A stretch of 35,438 bases of DNA from Chloroflexota bacterium (GCA_016210395.1 JACQUI010000279.1:1-35438); one strand, 5' to 3'. Shown: positions 1 through 8,471, counted from the first letter of the stretch. Numbers and translations are program-made. Notes: a model not told the origin generated them from the letters alone.

Positions 1-2
1 CC

Positions 3-863
3 TCCATCCAGACCTTCTTTGGCGCGCAGCAACAGACAGGCTCCGGCTCCGGCGTCATTTTCCGTGAGGACGGCTACATCCTCACCAACAACCACGTTGT
101 TGATGGCGCCAGCGACATTACGGTCACGCTCTTCGATAACCGCCAGTTCGATGGGACAGTTGTGGGGACCTTTCCCGACAACGATCTGGCCGTCATCAAG
201 ATCGAAGAAAAGGGGCTGCCAACCCTTCCTTTCCGCACCACTTCATCCTTGCGGGTTGGCGACTGGGTGGTCGCCATCGGCAATGCGGCCGGGCTGCCAG
301 GCAAACCGACCGTGACGCTGGGCATCGTCAGCGCCGTTGACCGCAGCCTTCAGACAGGCGGCGCTCAGCTCAACGACTTGATCCAGACGGACGCCGTCAT
401 CAACCCGGGCAACAGCGGAGGCCCCCTTGTCAATCTGCAGGGAGAGGTGGTCGGCATCAACTCCGCCATCCTCCGGGGCAGCCAGATTGACGGCATCGGG
501 TTCGCCATTAGCGCCGATACCGCCCGCCTGGTGGCCGATCAGCTTGTCCGCAACGGACGCGTCATCTGGCCGTTCATGGGCGTAGGACTTGACGACATAG
601 ACATCCCCACGGCGGCAGAGCGGAACCTCAGCGTCCGCGAAGGCGCGCTCATTAAGGAGGTGGAGCCTGGCAGCCCCGCGGCCCAGGCAGGCCTGCGCCT
701 CAACGACGTCATCGTTGCCGTGGATGGCAAGACGGTCCCCAGCGTAAAAGCGCTGCTTCAGCTCCTGCGCGGCGAGTATAAGGTTGGACAGCGGGCAACG
801 GTGGCAGTCATACGGGGCAATGACCGGAAGGAGTTCACGGTCACCCTGGGGGAGCGGCCGTAA
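3..863 (+). CDS. htrA: HtrA/DegP-family trypsin-like serine protease with C-terminal PDZ domain (5' end cut by window edge)
   Basis: Frame 3 is open from nt 3 (SIQTFFGAQQQTGSGSGVIFREDGYILTNNHVV...), upstream of the GTG at 162 used in the ORF track. Catalytic contexts TNNHV (His), DLAVIKI (Asp), GNSGGPL (Ser). PDZ-like GALIKEVEPGSPAAQAGLRLNDVIVAVDG. TAA stop at 861-863. Confidence 0.9.
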   Translation, partial: SIQTFFGAQQQTGSGSGVIFREDGYILTNNHVVDGASDITVTLFDNRQFDGTVVGTFPDNDLAVIKIEEKGLPTLPFRTTSSLRVGDWVVAIGNAAGLPGKPTVTLGIVSAVDRSLQTGGAQLNDLIQTDAVINPGNSGGPLVNLQGEVVGINSAILRGSQIDGIGFAISADTARLVADQLVRNGRVIWPFMGVGLDDIDIPTAAERNLSVREGALIKEVEPGSPAAQAGLRLNDVIVAVDGKTVPSVKALLQLLRGEYKVGQRATVAVIRGNDRKEFTVTLGERP

Positions 864-941
864 AAGAGGCGTGCTAGGCGCTTGCCTCCACAAACTGCCA
901 GTCGCTCAAAACACTGGCTACGAGAATACGCCCAGGCTACG

Positions 942-1178
942 TCAGGCCGTGTTGCGGTTCCTGCGGGGCCACCGCGTCCAGGAAACTCGCGCACGGACGA
1001 TGGCCCCAACCAGCGGAGCGACCACTATCCACAGCGCCACCGTTGTCGCCACGGCCCGCAGATAGCCGATGGTCTTGATGCCCAGGTCCGGCGCCAGGAT
1101 GCCCCAGAAGATCATGAGCAGCCACGAGCTGACGAATAGGCTCAGGCCCGTGGCTGGGATAACAAAGATCGCCCACAT
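942..1178 (-). CDS. Small two-TM membrane protein (78 aa), function unknown
   Basis: Internal ATG at 1178 of the 156-aa track ORF, preceded by GAGAGG. MWAIFVIPATGLSLFVSSWLLMIFWGILAP...VALWIVVAPLVGAIV has two hydrophobic helices and a basic tail. Third-codon positions are GC-rich like the neighbouring genes. Confidence 0.5.
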   Translation of the reverse strand: MWAIFVIPATGLSLFVSSWLLMIFWGILAPDLGIKTIGYLRAVATTVALWIVVAPLVGAIVRARVSWTRWPRRNRNTA

Positions 1179-1366
1179 ACGTACCTCTCTCAGGCAGGGC
1201 TGTGGTTGTTGCCCACTCACCTGTCTACCCATACTACCGTACGCGGACAGAAAGCAGTAGCCCAGACGTGCAGCCCCAGAGTGCAAATGGACGCCCTTGC
1301 CACGTCCGCGCACCCGCGCCTCTGCCTCCACATCCAATTCACAGAAGCCTTCCACAAGAAATGACT

Positions 1367-1387
1367 TCCTCCCCTTGTGGGGGAGGA
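1367..1387 (+). repeat. GC hairpin TCCTCCCC-ttgtg-GGGGAGGA; its 3' arm contains the GGAGGA Shine-Dalgarno of the regulator gene
   Basis: 8-bp perfect stem (1367-1374 / 1380-1387) with a 5-nt loop. GGAGGA at 1382-1387 lies 4 nt before GTG 1392. Member of the short hairpin family seen at five sites. Confidence 0.4.
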
Positions 1388-1391
1388 TTGA

Positions 1392-2057
1392 GTGGTGGGT
1401 GAGACCTTCCACAGGTGCAGCGTGCCTCCAGCCCCTTCAGACATCCGCGTCCTCGTCGTCGCCCGCGACCCATTGGCCCGCGCGGGCCTGGCTGCCATGC
1501 TCGCCCAGCAACCGGGGGTGATGGTTGAGGGCCAGGCAGCCGGCGACTTCGACCTGCGGCAAACGCTGGAGGGCCTCCACGCCGATGCGCTGGTGTGGGA
1601 CCTGGGCTGGGACGCTGCCGATGCGACTGAGGCCGTGACCGATGCCCAGGAGCTCGGCATCCCTATTCTGGCGCTTGCGCCGGAGGAGGACCACGTGGCG
1701 GAGGCATGGGCAGCCGGCGCGCGGGGCCTGCTGCCCCGGGAGGCCGGCGCAGAAGTCATTGGGGCGGCGCTGCACGCCCTGGCCAGCGGGCTGGCGGTCG
1801 TTGCCGCGGAGTTCACGGCGCTCCTGTCGCCGCGCCACCGGCAGGCAGCGGCGCTGGCCGAGGAGCTGACGCCCCGGGAAGGCCAGGTGCTGCAGTTGCT
1901 GGCGGAGGGCCTTCCCAACAAGGCCATCGCCGCCCGCCTTGGCGTCAGCGAGAGCACCGTCAAGTTCCACATCAACGCCATCCTGGGCAAGCTGGGGGCG
2001 CAAAGCCGCACCGAGGCGGTCGTCCAGGCCACACGTCTGGGCCTGATCACTATGTAG
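1392..2057 (+). CDS. NarL/FixJ(LuxR)-family response regulator with atypical receiver domain
   Basis: C-terminal LuxR HTH (LTPREGQVLQLLAEGLPNKAIAARLGVSESTVKFHINAILGKLG). N-terminal receiver-like IRVLVVARDPLARAGL...ADALVWDLGW. An alternative GTG start at 1419 is preceded by AGGTG. Confidence 0.85.
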   Translation: MVGETFHRCSVPPAPSDIRVLVVARDPLARAGLAAMLAQQPGVMVEGQAAGDFDLRQTLEGLHADALVWDLGWDAADATEAVTDAQELGIPILALAPEEDHVAEAWAAGARGLLPREAGAEVIGAALHALASGLAVVAAEFTALLSPRHRQAAALAEELTPREGQVLQLLAEGLPNKAIAARLGVSESTVKFHINAILGKLGAQSRTEAVVQATRLGLITM

Positions 2058-2335
2058 TGCGCAGGCTTCCATCCTGGTGTCCCGCAGAAGACCCTACGCC
2101 ACGAAAGCATCCTTCCAGGGCTATCCGGGCGAGGCTCCTGACCGCTCTTCCTTAAGGAGAGGGGCTGCAGGAGGTGAGGCAACCAAGAGGAGTTAGGAGT
2201 GTCTTGGAGCAAAGCCTTTCCATACGAGAGGCCAGAGGCCATCAGATACGGCAAACAGACGCATGTACGCAGGCAAGCATAGGTGTCCAGACGTAAATTG
2301 TGGGTGAATTCCATCGTGGAGCGCCCCTAAACCGC

Positions 2336-2364
2336 TTGACAGCGTATGCGATTTGGCCTATAGT
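2336..2364 (+). promoter_or_regulatory. Sigma70-type promoter (TTGACA-17 nt-TATAGT) upstream of the surface-protein gene
   Basis: TTGACA at 2336-2341, 17-nt spacer, TATAGT at 2359-2364. Predicts a transcription start near 2371 and a ~355-nt leader before GTG 2727. Confidence 0.6.
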
Positions 2365-2445
2365 CCGCCTAGTCTGTTACTTGCAGGCCAGCTTGGTGAC
2401 AGGCAACCTGACGATGGAGCAGCGCCATCGTTCTCATAAGGGATG

Positions 2446-2473
2446 AAAAAAGGGGTCGCCGGTCGGGCGCCCC
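2446..2473 (-). terminator. Intrinsic-terminator-like hairpin oriented on the minus strand inside the leader
   Basis: Stem GGGGTCGCC (2452-2460) / GGCGCCCC (2466-2473): 8 bp with one bulged T and a 5-nt loop. An A6 run at 2446-2451 becomes a U6 tail on the minus strand. There is no T-run on the plus-strand side. Confidence 0.4.
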
Positions 2474-2726
2474 GGCCAGTCAATGCGCCTCCTCGGTCTC
2501 CGAGCAGGCGTATTTGTGGGTAGAGTAACACTGGTCCTTATTCAGCCGCGTGGGCTATAGCCCAGCAAGGAGCACTTATATGTATTCATCCTCTGGTTTC
2601 TCTGTGCCGCCGAGAGCAGACCCGTCTCTGGTGCCAAGAAGCGGACCGCTCAATCGTCATGGCACACAAGCAAGCCCACGTGCAATAACACCCTGCACTG
2701 GTCAATTCGGAATAAGGGGGTAGGTA

Positions 2727-5330
2727 GTGAAAAAGCGATTTAGTTCCCTGATTTTGTTCGGGCTGACGGCCGCGCTGTTAGCCCTAATAGGCGTGGTGAC
2801 CGCCCTGGCTGCGCCGTCCGCAGCGGTCAACGGCACCATCACCCTGGACAAGTCCTGGTACACCAACAGCGGCGCGGGCGCGGCGGTGAAGGTCACCGTC
2901 ACGGACGCGGACTTCAACGTCGCTGCGAACAAGACTGACCTCAACGTCAACATTGGACCAATCGCCCCTGGTGGCGCCTCTGGCAACATCATACTGGGAT
3001 TCAACCCAATCGTTGGAATACCGCAGGTTGTTTTCACGTCGACCGGCGCGGCGTTTCCTAACGTTGACGTCACGGTCGTCAGCGCGAATCTGGGTATTAT
3101 CCAGGTGATCTCCTCAGTCGCCCAGCCGAATCCCACCATCGTGAACATCAAATACCAGACCAGCGCCGTGGACACCGTTCCGGTCAAAGTCGTCAGCACG
3201 CAGAACCCGACCGGTATCGTCGTGAACGCCACGGAGACCGGGAACAGCACGGGTATCTTCGTTGCGAACATTACCCTTGTGAATGCCGCGACGACGACTA
3301 CCGGCAGTCTGTTCGCGCTGGACACGAATACGGTCACCGCTGGCTTCACCGACACGCCTGCGACTGGGTCTAATACCTTCAGGTCGGTATCATCCTCCGT
3401 GGAGACCGGCAAGCCGACTTTCTCCGGCCTGACGCCTGCCAACAAGGTCAAGACACAGACGCTGCGGCCCACGTTCTCAGGAACGATCGCCGATGTGGGC
3501 GGATCAGGCATCAAAGTGAACACCGTTGCTATCATGATTGATCTGAACAGCAACGGCAGTGTGTTGGATGCCGGGGAAACGTTCGCGCCCACGGTAACCG
3601 GAGCTGACGGCGCTTCCACGGTCACCTTCAGCTTTACGCCTTCGGCAGACTTGTCGGAGGGGGCGCACGTATGGCAGTTGACGACTGGTGACGTCGCGGG
3701 CAACACGGGCACGAGCGATTCCGACACCGCCTCGACAGCGCCGGGCAACGACCCGCAACAGCTTGCTATCGACAATACTCGCCCCAGCATTGCGGCAGTG
3801 ATGACCGGTAGATTCTGGGACACCAGCCTGGCGGTTGCTGCAGAAGGCAAGAACAAGGCCACAAGCCTGGTAGTCAACTTCAATGAGGAGTTGGACCCGG
3901 CTTCGGTGACGGCTGCCGACTTTACGGTTGACGGCGTCGCGCCCACGGATGCCAGCGTCTTCTCCAGCACGACTGATGCGACGGTAGCCATGAGGGCGTA
4001 CCTGACGTTGGCCTCAGCTCTGGCTGCCAACGCGAAGCCTGTCGTTGCGATAGCGGTTGGCGGCGGCGTTGCCGACAAAGCTGGGAACGTGGCCAGTTCC
4101 TCGAATACTTCCTCCGCAACGGCTGCCGATTTTATCGCGCCTACGTTCACGGTTACCTTGGACAAGACCATCGTGAAGGCCAACGAGAACCTCACTGTCA
4201 GCATCAGCTCCAGTGAGCCTATCTCTGGCGTGCCCGTTGTGAGCGTGATGCGCTTTGACGCTGGTTTCACCAGCACGCCTACGGTGGTGGTGAAATCCGC
4301 CACTACCTGGGAGTCGGTCTTCCAAGCAGGCGCAGGTTCGCCCTTCGATTCTGCGGATTCCAGCAAAAAGAGCACTGTACGAGTGAACGGCACGGACGCG
4401 GCCAATAACGCTGGTGCCAAGGGGGCCAATGACCCCGCCAGCACGTCTGCGATAACGTTCATACTCGACGGTGGCGCGCCTGCGATCACCAAGGTTGAGG
4501 CCGGCGGCAAGGACATCACCGCTGGTACGGTGGACGTGCCCAGCACCAGCCCCTTCGTGACGGCCACCTACAATGAAAAGGAGAGCATCACCAAGGTTGA
4601 GTTCGGCGAAAAGGGCACGACCCTGGTGGACGTGGCTGGCAAGGCCCAGCTCTCCACCGATGGCAAGATCGTCATCTATGCGGCTACCGGCCTGACCGTT
4701 GGCAAGTCCTACCAGCTCAAGGTCTCCGTAAAGGACCAGGCTGGCAACGAACTCAAGGACCAGACCAAGGAGTTCAAGGCCATCGAGAAGGCCAAGACGA
4801 AGGTCCCGCTGGCGCCGGGCCAGAACCTGGTGTCTCTGCCCAGCGATCCTGCGGACATGGCTATCAATAGCGTCATCACGTCTGCCGATGTGAAGTCGGT
4901 GGTAACCTATGACCCGCTGAACCCCGATCCGACGAGTGGGCCGTGGAAGAGCGCTACTCGCGGCGCCGATGGGAAGCTGAGCGGCAGCCTGGCGACCATT
5001 GACTCCATGCACGCCTATTGGGTCAACACGTCGTCGTTCGCACCCATTGAGGTTGCCATACCGGAGCCTGGATTCCTGGCGACGCCGCCGTCCATAGCTG
5101 CGGCTGCAGGCTGGAACATGATGCCAGTCGTAAGCCTCATCGGGCAGGCGCCCGGCGCGACGATCCCTGCGGACCAGTACTTCGCCAGCCTCCCGAACTG
5201 GGTGACGGCCTACACCTTCAACCCAGCGACAAACGCTTGGACGAAGATCACGCCGAAGAACTTCCAGAATGTGGTCGTCGGCCAGGGCTACTGGCTGTAC
5301 ACCACCACCGCTGGAATCCTGGTACCGTAA
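2727..5330 (+). CDS. Large secreted Ig-like-repeat surface protein (S-layer-like), 867 aa
   Basis: GTG start preceded by AAGGGGGTAGG. Signal peptide MKKRFSSLILFGLTAALLALIGVVTALA/AP. No cysteine; rich in T/V/A/S/N with many NxS/T sites. Segments such as NFNEELDPASVTAADFTVDG resemble SbsA/Big_5-type Ig-like domains. Two related C-terminal modules. Flanked by a consensus promoter and a strong terminator. Confidence 0.85.
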   Translation: MKKRFSSLILFGLTAALLALIGVVTALAAPSAAVNGTITLDKSWYTNSGAGAAVKVTVTDADFNVAANKTDLNVNIGPIAPGGASGNIILGFNPIVGIPQVVFTSTGAAFPNVDVTVVSANLGIIQVISSVAQPNPTIVNIKYQTSAVDTVPVKVVSTQNPTGIVVNATETGNSTGIFVANITLVNAATTTTGSLFALDTNTVTAGFTDTPATGSNTFRSVSSSVETGKPTFSGLTPANKVKTQTLRPTFSGTIADVGGSGIKVNTVAIMIDLNSNGSVLDAGETFAPTVTGADGASTVTFSFTPSADLSEGAHVWQLTTGDVAGNTGTSDSDTASTAPGNDPQQLAIDNTRPSIAAVMTGRFWDTSLAVAAEGKNKATSLVVNFNEELDPASVTAADFTVDGVAPTDASVFSSTTDATVAMRAYLTLASALAANAKPVVAIAVGGGVADKAGNVASSSNTSSATAADFIAPTFTVTLDKTIVKANENLTVSISSSEPISGVPVVSVMRFDAGFTSTPTVVVKSATTWESVFQAGAGSPFDSADSSKKSTVRVNGTDAANNAGAKGANDPASTSAITFILDGGAPAITKVEAGGKDITAGTVDVPSTSPFVTATYNEKESITKVEFGEKGTTLVDVAGKAQLSTDGKIVIYAATGLTVGKSYQLKVSVKDQAGNELKDQTKEFKAIEKAKTKVPLAPGQNLVSLPSDPADMAINSVITSADVKSVVTYDPLNPDPTSGPWKSATRGADGKLSGSLATIDSMHAYWVNTSSFAPIEVAIPEPGFLATPPSIAAAAGWNMMPVVSLIGQAPGATIPADQYFASLPNWVTAYTFNPATNAWTKITPKNFQNVVVGQGYWLYTTTAGILVP

Positions 5331-5351
5331 AAGGTTACGGGTTGGATCTCC

Positions 5352-5386
5352 AAGAGGGGCCTCACGCGAGGCCCCTCTTCCTTTTC
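5352..5386 (+). terminator. Rho-independent terminator after the surface-protein gene
   Basis: 12-bp perfect stem AAGAGGGGCCTC (5352-5363) / GAGGCCCCTCTT (5368-5379), loop ACGC, followed by CCTTTTCGGG. Confidence 0.75.
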
Positions 5387-5448
5387 GGGACTTGCGAGTG
5401 ACGTTTGCGCCAAGGGCGTTGCTTGGTAAGAAGTGAAGGGTAGGAGAA

Positions 5449-5457
5449 TGGTATACT
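5449..5457 (+). promoter_or_regulatory. Extended -10 promoter element TGgTATACT immediately upstream of ATG 5465
   Basis: TG at 5449-5450 and TATACT at 5452-5457. Only 7 nt separate the -10 from the ATG, and there is no SD in between. Confidence 0.35.
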
Positions 5458-5464
5458 GCTGACC

Positions 5465-6103
5465 ATGTGTGTGAAGCTACGGGCATGGCTAGCGGGGCGG
5501 CCGCTTTGGATGGCGCTAATGTGCGCGGCGATGGTTGTCGCTGGAAGCGGCGCGGCGCACGCCCAGGAGCCCATCGTGTTCCCTATCCTGTACGGCGGCG
5601 CAGTGTTCATAGATGGAGCGCCGGCGCCGGAGGGGACCGTGGTGACGGCGCGTGTGGGGGACTGGCAAAACCAGACCACGGTACAGGGGAACAGCCGGTA
5701 CTACGGCCTGCTGGTTGCGCCGCCCACCAGCGCCTACTACCGCACCATCATCACTTTTCACGTGGAGGGCATGACCGCCGCCGAGCAGGACCTGTTCCTG
5801 CCCGCCGGCGGCCCGACGTTCAAGGACAGCGGCTACGACCTGCACTTCGTCCGGCCCCAGCAGCAGACGACTACGCCCAGGCCGACAGCGACGCCTGCAG
5901 CCGCGCCAACGGCTACGGCTGCCTCTGTCACCGCGACCCCCACGTCGCTTGCACCGGTCGCAACGGCGACGCCAACCGTCCCGGCCAGGATCAGTCCCGG
6001 CGGGATTGGCGGCGGCCCGGTTGCCCTCGCGGGCGTGGGGGCGGCGGTCCTGCTGGCAGCGGGGGGATTCGCCATCTGGCGGAGCAGGAGAGCTCACTCG
6101 TGA
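5465..6103 (+). CDS. Secreted beta-rich domain protein with Pro/Thr/Ala linker and C-terminal TM anchor, function unknown
   Basis: Signal-like N-terminus (...WMALMCAAMVVAGSGAAHA/QEP). ~100-aa globular part (GTVVTARVGDW...YYGLLVAP...ITFHVEG). Linker TTTPRPTATPAAAPTATAASVTATPTSLAPVATATPTVP. C-terminal TM VALAGVGAAVLLAAGGFAIW followed by RSRR. Confidence 0.75.
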   Translation: MCVKLRAWLAGRPLWMALMCAAMVVAGSGAAHAQEPIVFPILYGGAVFIDGAPAPEGTVVTARVGDWQNQTTVQGNSRYYGLLVAPPTSAYYRTIITFHVEGMTAAEQDLFLPAGGPTFKDSGYDLHFVRPQQQTTTPRPTATPAAAPTATAASVTATPTSLAPVATATPTVPARISPGGIGGGPVALAGVGAAVLLAAGGFAIWRSRRAHS

Positions 6104-6128
6104 CCCCTTTCCCTGTGAGAGAGAGGGG
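6104..6128 (+). terminator. Hairpin directly after the stop codon (CCCCTTTCCCT-gtg-AGAGAGAGGGG), member of the short hairpin family
   Basis: Stem 6104-6114 / 6118-6128 with one G-U pair and one mismatch, followed by TGGCCCGTCTTTCC. Confidence 0.4.
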
Positions 6129-6199
6129 TGGCCCGTCTTTCCATAGCCACTGGACTGCTGGAGACGCGGGGTGCGAAAATGGGGTTGCGCCAATAGCCC

Positions 6200-6229
6200 T
6201 TGACGTGTGGCACAGGGCGTTGGTAGAGT
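6200..6229 (+). promoter_or_regulatory. Candidate promoter of the hrcA operon (TTGACG-18 nt-TAGAGT)
   Basis: TTGACG at 6200-6205 and TAGAGT at 6224-6229. The CIRCE operator begins 13 nt downstream. Confidence 0.5.
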
Positions 6230-6241
6230 CTGGGAAGGTGG

Positions 6242-6268
6242 CTAGCACTCTTGCGGCGCGATTGCTAA
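6242..6268 (+). promoter_or_regulatory. CIRCE operator (HrcA binding site)
   Basis: CTAGCACTC-N9-GATTGCTAA versus consensus TTAGCACTC-N9-GAGTGCTAA. Lies between the promoter and the hrcA start. Confidence 0.8.
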
Positions 6269-6288
6269 GCCTGTGAACGGAGCGATGT

Positions 6289-7305
6289 ATGGCGCTAACT
6301 GAACGGCAACACCAGGTGCTGCGCATCATCGTGGGCGAGTACATCCATTCCCCCGTGCCGGTGTCCTCAGAGGGCGTGGCCCACAAGATGCCGGCGCCGG
6401 TGAGCTCCGCCACCATCCGCAACGAGATGGCGGTGCTGGAGGAAGAAGGGTACGTTGCGCGGCGGCACACGTCCGGCGGCGGCGTGCCTTCGGACAAGGC
6501 GTATCGCGCCTACGTGGAGTCGCTGGGCGATGCGCTGGAGCCTTCGCGGCGGGTGAAGGAGCAGGTCAGGCGTAACTTCCAGACGGCGAGTCTGGACGTA
6601 GAGGCGCGCAACCGGTCGGCGGTCCGGCTGCTGGCGGAGCTGGAGCGGGCCATGGCGGTGGCCACCATGCCAACCAGCGAGGAGGCGCGCTGGAAGCACC
6701 TGGACCTGGTGCACCTCCAGGGCTTGCTGGCCCTGCTGATCATGGTGATCGAGGGGTCCGGCCACCTGAAGCAGCAGCACGTGCTCCTGCGAGAGCCTAT
6801 GAGCCAGGACCAGCTTACGCAACTCTCCAACAAGCTCAACGCGAAGATGGCGGGCCTCGGCACGGATCAGGTGCTGGCCAGGAGCGGCGGCTTCGCCGGC
6901 GTAGAACAGGACTTCATCTCGCTGGCGGCGAGCTTCATGCGGGAGGAAGAGCAGCAGTCCATACCCGACTACTTTGTGGACGGTTTGCGCCACATGTTTG
7001 CCTACCCGGAGCTGGCCGAGGGCACGCAGGCCAGGGCCATCGCAGAAATCCTGGAGTACCAGGGGCTGGTCAAGGCGCTTCTGGGAAACGTTCCCGAGCA
7101 GGGCGTCGTACGCGTGACCATCGGCGCAGAGCACAAAGAAGACCTGCTGCGGCCATTCACCGTTGTCTTCACCCGGTACGGCACGCCATCCGGCGGAAGG
7201 GGTGTTGTCGGCGTCATGGGGCCGACGCGCTTTGAGTACGCCTCCGCCATTTCCAACGTGCGGTACCTTGCCTCGGTGATGGGCAACATGGCAGCGGCGG
7301 TGTGA
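6289..7305 (+). CDS. hrcA: Heat-inducible transcription repressor HrcA
   Basis: MALTERQHQVLRIIVGEYIHSPVPVSSEGVA...SSATIRNEMAVLEEEGYV is the typical HrcA winged-helix N-terminus. 338 aa. CIRCE lies upstream. Confidence 0.95.
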   Translation: MALTERQHQVLRIIVGEYIHSPVPVSSEGVAHKMPAPVSSATIRNEMAVLEEEGYVARRHTSGGGVPSDKAYRAYVESLGDALEPSRRVKEQVRRNFQTASLDVEARNRSAVRLLAELERAMAVATMPTSEEARWKHLDLVHLQGLLALLIMVIEGSGHLKQQHVLLREPMSQDQLTQLSNKLNAKMAGLGTDQVLARSGGFAGVEQDFISLAASFMREEEQQSIPDYFVDGLRHMFAYPELAEGTQARAIAEILEYQGLVKALLGNVPEQGVVRVTIGAEHKEDLLRPFTVVFTRYGTPSGGRGVVGVMGPTRFEYASAISNVRYLASVMGNMAAAV

Positions 7306-7313
7306 GCTAACGC

Positions 7314-8447
7314 ATGGCGATCAAGCGAGACTATTACGAAGTCCTCGGCATAGGACGGGACGCCTCTGAAGAGGACGTGAAGAAGGCCTTCCGGCGCCTT
7401 GCGCTGGAGTACCATCCGGACCGGAACAAGAGCGCCGAAGCAGAAGAGCGGTTCAAGGAGGTCAGCGAGGCGTATCAGGTGCTGAGCAACCCCGAGAAGC
7501 GCAGCGCCTATGACCGGCATGGCCACGCCGGTGTGGCAGGCAACGGCAATGCACAGGGCTTCGATGGCTTCGAAAACTTCGGCGGCTTTGGGGATATATT
7601 TGACGCTTTTTTTGGCGGGTTCGGCCGGCAGTCCAGGCCAGGCCCGCAGCGCGGCCGCGACATCGAGGTGCTCCTGACGTTGACCTTCGAGGAGGCCGCG
7701 CTGGGCGCTGAGAAAGCGGTAGAGGTGCAACGCACCGAAGCCTGCGCCCGCTGCAACGGCGCACGCGGCGAGCCAGGGACCTCGCCCGTGACGTGCAGCG
7801 CCTGCCGGGGCAATGGCCAGGTGCGCCGCTCCCAGCAGAGCCTCTTCGGGCAGTTCGTGCAGGTCGTGACCTGTCCCACCTGCAACGGCCAGGGAGAGGT
7901 GGTGTCCAGGCCGTGCGCGCAGTGCCGGGGCGCCGGCTATGAGCGCCAGACCCGGAAGCTGAAGGTGCAGGTGCCCGCCGGCGTGGACGGGAGCTCGCAG
8001 ATCCGCCTTTCCGGCGATGGGCACAGCGGCGTCTTGGGCGGCCCCGCCGGCGACTTGTACATCTCCCTCCGGGTGCTGGAGCACTCCTGGTTCAAACGGG
8101 ACGGGTTTGACCTGTTGCTTGAGCTTCCCATCAGCATCACCCAGGCAGCACTGGGCGACGCCATCACGGTCCCTACCCTGGAGGGCGAGACATCTCTGAA
8201 GATACCCGCCGGAACCCAGTCCGGCGCAGTGCTGCGGGTAAAGGGGCAAGGCGTCCCTCATCTGCAGCGCAGGGGCAGGGGAGATCTTGTGGTGACCTGC
8301 CGCGTGCAGACGCCCACCTCTCTTGACCCCGAGGCGCGCCGCCTGCTGGAGGCGCTGGCCAAGCACCTGCACGGGGGCAGTGACGCGGGCTCGGATGGGG
8401 ACAAGGGCCTATTCGAACGCATCCGTGGGAAGCGCGGGGCGTCCTGA
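7314..8447 (+). CDS. dnaJ: Molecular chaperone DnaJ
   Basis: J-domain DYYEVLGI...YHPDRN, a G/F-rich region, and four CxxCxGxG zinc motifs ([36 protein letters not shown]). Confidence 0.95.
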   Translation: MAIKRDYYEVLGIGRDASEEDVKKAFRRLALEYHPDRNKSAEAEERFKEVSEAYQVLSNPEKRSAYDRHGHAGVAGNGNAQGFDGFENFGGFGDIFDAFFGGFGRQSRPGPQRGRDIEVLLTLTFEEAALGAEKAVEVQRTEACARCNGARGEPGTSPVTCSACRGNGQVRRSQQSLFGQFVQVVTCPTCNGQGEVVSRPCAQCRGAGYERQTRKLKVQVPAGVDGSSQIRLSGDGHSGVLGGPAGDLYISLRVLEHSWFKRDGFDLLLELPISITQAALGDAITVPTLEGETSLKIPAGTQSGAVLRVKGQGVPHLQRRGRGDLVVTCRVQTPTSLDPEARRLLEALAKHLHGGSDAGSDGDKGLFERIRGKRGAS

Positions 8448-8471
8448 ACCGGCGCGTCGGCATTGGCCAGT

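Noticed and set aside
2156-2208. Five GGA motifs in 53 nt (AAGGAGAGG, CAGGAGG, AGAGGAG, TAGGAG, TTGGAG), which could suggest a CsrA-titrating RNA
   Set aside because: No promoter or terminator defines a transcript, the motifs are not placed in hairpin loops, and the tract lies in the 3' region of the regulator gene. A purine-rich tract by chance is the simpler explanation.
2580-2723. 47-codon upstream ORF with a good SD (AAGGAG, 7-nt spacing), ending 3 nt before the surface-protein GTG
   Set aside because: Third-position GC is far lower than in all real genes here, and the peptide (MYSSSGFSVPPRADPSLVPRSG...) has no features. It is more likely part of the structured leader. A regulatory uORF cannot be fully excluded.
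2702-4567. 621-aa ORF antisense to the surface-protein gene, plus the 490-aa ORF at 4014..5486 (-)
   Set aside because: Both are fully embedded antisense to a gene with clear signal peptide, domain features, promoter and terminator. The open antisense frames follow from the ACC/GTC/GCC-rich codon usage. The translations are low-complexity with no start context.
5467-6276. 269-aa alternative-frame ORF overlapping the 5465..6103 gene
   Set aside because: The translation is Arg/Gly/Pro-rich and featureless. The 5465 frame gives a coherent architecture of signal peptide, domain, PT linker and TM anchor.
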